A stretch of 64,000 nucleotides of DNA from Acidobacteriota bacterium (GTDB lineage Bacteria > Acidobacteriota > Blastocatellia > UBA7656), in assembly GCA_038040455.1 (NCBI GenBank), contig JBBPIH010000008.1:88006-152005 (forward strand), given 5' to 3'. The notes beneath the pieces are model-generated. The model did not search any database. It was given only the letters and a program-made list of their open reading frames with translations, and was not told the origin of the DNA. This document shows, one piece after another, positions 58,124-64,000 of this stretch. Position numbers and translations under genes: made by a program. Position 1 is the stretch's first letter. Every line of letters starts with the position of its first letter.

Positions 58124-58582
58124 ATGGAAACCGAAAAGCAATTCGATGGAATCGTGGGGCGGTCCGTGCCGATGCGCGCAATGACTAACACCATCCTCAA
58201 GGTCGCTCCCCACAACTTCACCGTGCTCATCCGTGGAGAATCCGGTACCGGTAAGGAACTCGTGGCCCGCTCCATACTAAGCAACTCAAAGCGCCTCAAG
58301 GGGCCCTTTTTGCCCGTCAACTGTGGTGCTATACCGGATGGTCTTCTGGAAGCCCATCTGTTTGGCCATCAGAAAGGGGCCTTCACCGGAGCTTCCTCCG
58401 ACAAACCCGGAATCTTCGAGGCCGCCAACGGCGGCACCATCTTCCTCGACGAAATAGGTGAAATGCCCCTTGCTATGCAAGTCAAGCTGCTCAGAGCCCT
58501 CCAGGAGAAAGAGGTAGTGCGAGTAGGTGCTACGAAGTCAACCAAAATCGACGTACGGCTCATCGCCGCCACAAACGCATCG
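58124..58582 (+). pseudogene. Fragment of a sigma-54-dependent activator (AAA+ central domain only, truncated after the ...IAATN motif)
   Basis: Walker A GESGTGKELVARSI, GAFTGA sigma-54 contact motif and Walker B GTIFLDEIGEM are present. The receiver and C-terminal HTH are absent. The reading frame degenerates after RLIAATN at about 58578. Confidence 0.6.
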
Positions 58583-58584
58583 CT

Positions 58585-61248
58585 ATGCAATATGTCGAAG
58601 GCGAAACTCTCGCCTGCCGCATCGAGCGTAGGCCGCTTGAGATCGAAGAAGTCTTGGAGATAGCCGGGCAGGTTGCAGACGCGCTCGCGGAAGCCCATTC
58701 GCATGCCATCATTCATCGCGACATAAAGCCGGCAAACATAATGATCACCTCCCGCAGGCAGGTTAAGGTGATGGATTTCGGGCTGGCTAAGACTATCGCG
58801 CGACAAGAGGTCATGGATAGTCAAGCACAGACTGAGAGTTTGTTGAGCGAGCCGGGGATGATCTTAGGCACATTGCCTTATATGTCGCCTGAGCAAGTGA
58901 GCGGGGAGCCTGTAGACGCGCGCAGCGACATATTCAGCTTCGGGGTTATGTTGTATGAGATGGCAAGCGGACATAAGCCGTTCGCCGCAGAGAGCGCAGC
59001 GGCGACCATTTCAGCGATATTGACGCGCGAGGCAGCGCCGCTTGCCAGGTATTCACGTGAAGCGCCAGGGGAGTTGGAGCGGATAGTAAGTAAAGCTCTG
59101 CGTAAAGACCGAGAGGAGCGATATCAAGCAATAAAGGAAATGGCTCTGGATTTGAAGAGCCTGAAGGAGGAGTTGGAGTTCGAGGCCAAGCTTGAGCGGT
59201 CGCTGCCGCGGGATTCGGGCCGCCCAGGAAGCGCCGCCGCAATCAGCGGTCGGGTTTCAATTAGTTCATATCCACAGCCAGCAGAGACTACAGAGGTTTC
59301 AACAACAAGGACCGCACCAACATCTAGATATTTCATCAGCAAGATCGGTCAACATAAACGAGTGGCGGTCACCGCCCTGGCGGCAGTCGTTATCGCGGCA
59401 GCGGCGGTCTTCTTTTACGCCAGCAGAGCGCCCGCGTTTACTGAGAAAGATACTATCCTGCTCACTGATTTCCTTAATACAACAGGGGACGAAGTATTTG
59501 ATGGGACGCTCAAGCAGGCGCTCGCGGTGCAACTAGGGCAGTCTCCGTTTTTTAGTATCTTCCCGGAGCAGCGTGTCCGCGAGACGCTCCGTTACATGGA
59601 GCGCTCGCCCGACGAACGCGTAACTAAGGAGATTGGGCGGGAGATTTGCCAACGCGAGGGCATCAAAGCGCTGCTCACGGGTTCGATAGCGAGCCTCGGC
59701 AGCCATTATGTGATTACGCTGGAGACCCTGAATAGTCCGACCGGCGATGCGCTGGCGCGTGAACAAGTCGAGGCTGAGAGCAAGGAGCAGGTGATTAGCA
59801 AGCTGGGGGAAGCGGCGACGAAGTTGCGCGAGAAGTTGGGCGAATCTTTAAGTTCGATCCAGAAGTTCGACACGCCTCTCAGCCGGGCGACCACCTCCTC
59901 GCTTGAGGCTCTTAAGGCTTTCACCTTGGCGTTCGAGCATGACCTTAAAGGTAAGCCCGCGGAATCGATCCTATTTGCGAAACGCGCGGTCGAGCTTGAC
60001 CCTAATTTCGCCTCGGCCTATGCCAACCTAGCTGTGTCGTACTTTAACAACCAAGGCCCGTCTGTCGTGTCTGAGCAGTACGCCGCGAAAGCTTTTGAGC
60101 TGCGAGAGCGAGTCACCGAGCGGGAGAGGTTCCTTATCACTTCGATGTACCACACATTCGTAACCAAAGACTTGGACAAGGGGATCGAAGTAATGGAGTT
60201 GTGGAGCCAAACCTACCCCCGTGACTATGCCGTACGGAACAATCAGGCTAACGCATACGTGAGGGTCGGGCAGTACGAAAAGGCCGTCGAACAAGCGAGC
60301 GAAGCCAATCGCCTCAATCCGAACGGCACCCACGCGTACTTTAACTTAGGGTGGGCATACAGGGCGCTGGGCCGCTACGACGAAGCGAAGGCGACTATTG
60401 AGCAGGCCCACGCGCGCAACCTAGATACCTGGGTGATCCATTCGACCGCCTATCTGATCGCCTTCGCTGAAGGAGACCAGGCGGAGATGCGGCGGCAGCT
60501 TGAGTGGGCGAGCGGCAAGCCGAGCGAATTCAACTTCCTGGATTTGCAAAGCTGGACGGAGATGTTTGCCGGGCGCTATCGCCAATCCCAGGAAACGGCT
60601 CGCCGCGCCGTCGAATCCGCGCAAAGCCAGAACTTAAAAGCGACGTGGATCATATCAACTTCTGCGGTTCGGGATGCGCTCGTCGGCAATTGCCAGCGGG
60701 CGAGGGCAGAAACGGCGAAGGCACTTGCGACAGCGCCGGGCGCAGAGCCTCCGCCAATCGCAACCCTCGCGTCGGCTCTGTGCGGAGATGTCGCCCGCGC
60801 GCAATCTATCATTGACGATCTGGCTCGACGAAATCCCACAAGCACTGTGATAAACGGCATCTGGGGGCCAGTGATCGGCGCGGCCATTGAAATTGGTCGT
60901 GGCAATCAGGCTGAAGCAATCCGGCTATTGCAAAAGGCAAAACGCTATGAGATGGGGCAAGAGGCCGGGTTCTGGCCCACTTACATGCGCGGCCAAGCTT
61001 ACTCGCGGCAAGGCTCCGCGACAGAGGCGATAGCCGAGTTCCAAAAGATCATAGACCGCCGAAGCGTCTTACCGGCTGACATACTCTACCCACTCGCCTA
61101 TTTAGGGCTGGCGCGCGCCGCAGCTAGCGCTGGCGACACGGATAGAAGTCGCCAAGCATACGAAGATTTCTTCGCGCTGTGGAAAGATGCCGACACGGAC
61201 ATACCCATACTCCAACAAGCTAAGCAAGAGTATCAAAAGCTCCGATAG
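58585..61248 (+). pseudogene. N-terminally truncated Ser/Thr protein kinase with TM helix and TPR-repeat extracellular domain, fused out of frame to the sigma-54 fragment
   Basis: Starts mid-kinase at the hinge (M)QYVEGETL. It has HRDIKPANIM, DFG and SPEQ motifs but no Gly-rich loop or VAIK lysine. This is followed by TM VAVTALAAVVIAAAAVFFYA and multiple TPR units. The fusion junction is at about 58575-58585. Confidence 0.65.
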
Positions 61249-61386
61249 GAAGTGGTATCACAATGGTATTGCTCGTCACGCATCAACAGTGCAACAGAAT
61301 GACCGCAAGGCGACGGGTGCTGCGCTATGTCCGGCTTACTAAATTAAGTGATAGTTTATCGCGAACATGACATCTCATGAGGTGCG

Positions 61387-62421
61387 ATGAACTCTAAACG
61401 ATGGGCGCAGATCAAGCCGATCTTCCATGCGGCGGCTGAGCGGCCGGCGGATGAGCGTGCCGCATTCATCAGATCCGAGTGCAACGGTGATGAGTCATTG
61501 GCCGTAGAGATCGAGTCGCTGTTTGCTGCGCATGACCAGGCCGGCTCGTTCATTGAAGGATTCCCAAGCGACGAGACAACCGTAGCGCTCGAAGACCTGG
61601 CAATAAAGCCGTTGATAGGCCTGCAGATCGGCCCTTACAAGGTCATCAGCCTCATCGGTCGTGGCGGCATGGGCGAAGTTTATCTCGCCCAGGACAGCAG
61701 GCTCGGCCGCAAGGTCGCTCTCAAACTGCTTCCTGCCCGGTTCACAGCACTAGGCGAGCGAGTGCGGCGGTTTGAGCAGGAAGCACGCTCAGCATCAAGT
61801 CTTAATCATCCGAACATCATCACCGTCCACGACATCGGCAAGATTGAAGGCAAGCGTTACCTGGTCACAGAGTATGTAGAGGGGGAGACGCTGAGGCAGC
61901 GTATGGAGAGCGCCCCACAGCAGAGGATAAAACTGAGCGAGGCGCTTGAAGTTGCCACGCAGGTGGCGGCTGCGCTTGCCGCGGCCCACGAAGCGGGAAT
62001 AGTGCATCGAGACATCAAGCCGGAAAACATCATGCTGCGCACGGATGGCTACGTCAAAGTATTAGACTTTGGGCTGGCCAAGCTTGCCGAGCCGAAAGCA
62101 ATCGACACTGCGGCTCCGACTCTGCCTAAGGTAGAGACGGAGCCGGGCCTGATGATGGGCACGGTCAGTTACATGTCACCGGAGCAGGCGCGCGCGCTGA
62201 TGGTCGATGCACGGACTGACATCTGGAGTCTGGGTGTAATGATTTATGAGATGGCGTCAGGCCGCCAGCCATTCGAGGGGGAAACAGCCAGCAATGTGTT
62301 GTCATTGATACTACAGAAAGACCCTTTACCGCTTGCTCACTCATCGCCCGAAGTTCCGGGTGAGTTGGAGCGGATATGCGCAGACGGTAAGCAGAGCCAA
62401 TCTTCAGCGAGTCGGGTTTGA
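61387..62421 (+). CDS. Ser/Thr protein kinase (complete catalytic domain, abrupt C-terminal end), with conserved N-terminal sigma-interaction-like extension
   Basis: GRGGMGEVYLA, VALKLL, HRDIKPENIML, DFGLAK and SPEQ are all present. The N-terminus ERAAFIRSECNGDESLAVEIESLFAAH is typical of kinases paired with ECF sigma factors. It ends right after ELERI, where homologs continue. Confidence 0.75.
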   Translation: MNSKRWAQIKPIFHAAAERPADERAAFIRSECNGDESLAVEIESLFAAHDQAGSFIEGFPSDETTVALEDLAIKPLIGLQIGPYKVISLIGRGGMGEVYLAQDSRLGRKVALKLLPARFTALGERVRRFEQEARSASSLNHPNIITVHDIGKIEGKRYLVTEYVEGETLRQRMESAPQQRIKLSEALEVATQVAAALAAAHEAGIVHRDIKPENIMLRTDGYVKVLDFGLAKLAEPKAIDTAAPTLPKVETEPGLMMGTVSYMSPEQARALMVDARTDIWSLGVMIYEMASGRQPFEGETASNVLSLILQKDPLPLAHSSPEVPGELERICADGKQSQSSASRV

Positions 62422-63219
62422 TCCAGCTAAGGAAACAGTCACGGGTCAACCGGTCTGGATCACTCAAGGTTCGAGGCGGGCAAGTAATCCAAACCTCTCG
62501 CCGACGGTGAATGGTTAGCCTTTGATTCTCAGGGAGGCACACAGGATGATCTATTCGTCATCAGGCAGGACGGCACGGGGCTTCGCCAGTTGACCGATGA
62601 CATCTATAAGGACCGCAAACCCACCTGGTCGCCGGACGGTAAACGGATTGCCTTTTTCTCCGATCGGAGCGGCAAGTGGGAGATCTGGACACTCAACTCA
62701 GATGGCAGCGGACTACAGCAACTCACTTTCACCTCGGGCACAGTCAACCACCCTGTTTGGTCACCCGATGGTACCCGCCTCGCATACCGTAATTTGGGTG
62801 GCAGCCCCTCCATTATAGAGGTCGGAAAGCCCTGGCAGGAGCAGTCGCCGCAGAGACTTCCCCCGATGAGTGATTCAATTGACTGGCCTCCATCGTCATG
62901 GTCTCCCGACGGGCGGAAACTTGCTGGGTGGCGTGTTTTACGCAATGGCATTTTTGTTTATTCTTTTGAATCTCAGCAATACGAGAAGCTCACGGATTTC
63001 GGATTACTTCCCGTCTGGTTGAGTGATAGCCGCAGGCTGTTATTTCGAAGCTTCGGGAAGCTCTACCTGGTGGACAGCCAGTCCAAAACAATTCACGAGG
63101 TGCTATCAGTCGCTCCGCATGATTTTGGCGGTCGATTTGCGCTCTCTCGGGACAATCGCCTGATCTATTTTAGTCTTGTCACGACGGAAGCGGACATCTG
63201 GCTGATGACCCTAGAGTGA
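62422..63219 (+). pseudogene. TolB-like beta-propeller (WD40-like) domain remnant, multiply frameshifted; probably the decayed C-terminus of the upstream kinase gene
   Basis: ORF 62590..63219 has TolB repeats (WSPDGKRIAF, WSPDGTRLAY, WSPDGRKLAG). The same frame extends upstream without a start (LADGEWLAFDSQGG...). A further frame (62333..62518) carries NPNLSP, joined by frameshifts. No TM helix or linker lies between the kinase and the propeller. Confidence 0.5.
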
Positions 63220-63541
63220 GAATAATTTGTTGACCAAGAGGCGATCTGATAACTCCTGGCCTCTCTATGAGCCAACGAGCTTGGTTGTAGAGAACTCTTG
63301 TGCGGAAACAATCCCGAACCGCCTTACGATTCTCTAATTTCTCTTCATACTATTTCTCCAGGTTTAGCTCCCATCCAGGCCATACTATTGCCCCTCATTC
63401 CTCAATCCGGAAAACAGATCCAGACTGGCTCAACACATCAGCGGAGGCGGAAGTATTTGCCGCAACCTGTTGACTGATAATCACCGAAAGTCTAGTCTTT
63501 CCACTGACCTGGCGGTTCGATACGAAGGCGGTGACGACGGC

Positions 63542-64000
63542 CATGAGTCACACACCCGAAGATGTCACCGGCCTCTTGATCCAGTGGAGCGAGGGTGACC
63601 GGTCGGCGATGGATCGCTTAATACCGATTGTCTACGACGAGCTTCACCGCATCGCCGGGCGCTATTTCCGCCGCGAACGCGCCGGCAACACCCTCCAACC
63701 CACCGCGCTCGTCAACGAAGTCTATATTCGACTCGTCGATCAGAGGGGCGTGAGCTGGCAAAGCCGCTCTCACTTCTTCGGCATCGCCGCCCGAATCATG
63801 CGCCAGATTCTGGTAGACCGAGCCCGCTCGCGCAATGCGGCGAAGCGAGGCGGAGCTGATTACAAGCTGGATTTGACAGACATCAGCGACGTGCCCGACA
63901 AGAGCCGGCCCCTCGACCTGCTGGCCCTCGATCAGGCCCTCGAGGGTCTTTCGTCGTTCGATACTCAACAGAGCCGAATAGTGGAACTGAAGTTCTTCGG
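63542..64000 (+). CDS. ECF-subfamily RNA polymerase sigma-70 factor (partial, runs off window end)
   Basis: My translation from ATG 63542 gives MSHTPEDVTGLLIQWSEGDRSAMDRLIPIVYDELHRIAGRYFRRERAGNTLQPTALVNEVYIRLVDQ..., which has sigma region 2 and the start of region 4 and matches the kinase-associated ECF group. It is not in the ORF track because there is no stop. The overlapping minus-strand ORF 63618..63968 is spurious. Confidence 0.8.

Noticed and set aside
63618-63968. 116-aa minus-strand ORF
   Set aside because: It entirely overlaps a much better-supported plus-strand ECF sigma factor gene (sigma region 2/4 motifs) that is missing from the ORF track only because it lacks a stop in the window.
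56000-64000. Search for attR (a direct repeat of the tRNA 3' end) to delimit the integrase-associated element
   Set aside because: I could not find a second copy of tggtagcggcgggaggacttgaacc or its 3' portion by eye in the window. The element's boundaries therefore remain unassigned and are not asserted.

Overview
High-GC (about 58-62%) bacterial chromosomal segment. The ECF-sigma/Ser-Thr-kinase pairs, TAT-secreted terpene-cyclase-like repeat proteins and BNR/sortilin-type hydrolases suggest an Acidobacteria-like organism, but this is inference from gene content only. The window is unusually rich in DNA-end-processing genes: ku and ligD (non-homologous end joining), two paralogous AddA/AddB-like helicase-nuclease pairs, rmuC and a DNA alkylation repair gene. 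Between the two AddAB-like pairs lies a lower-GC (about 45-52%) co-directional five-gene block on the minus strand: a large Type IIG-like N6-adenine methyltransferase, a small PD-(D/E)XK-motif protein, an OB-fold plus DEDDy 3'-5' exonuclease, a small membrane protein and rmuC. I consider this the best candidate for an undescribed defence or restriction-like module. The window also holds at least four families of short palindromic (REP/MITE-like) repeats, one sitting in-frame inside the first AddB-like gene and others forming arrays that resemble CRISPR but are not. Other features: an HNH remnant; frameshifted PLP-decarboxylase and vapC genes; a tRNA-Met(CAU)/integrase/excisionase module followed by a chimeric junction between a sigma-54 activator fragment and a Ser/Thr kinase fragment; a decayed kinase/beta-propeller gene; and a low-GC foreign-looking membrane protein gene. 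The remaining genes are housekeeping or metabolic: macro domain and NUDIX, OmpA-like, msrA, two enoyl-CoA hydratases, an amidase, a deaminase, a dienelactone hydrolase, ubiX, galE and a partial ECF sigma factor at the window end.
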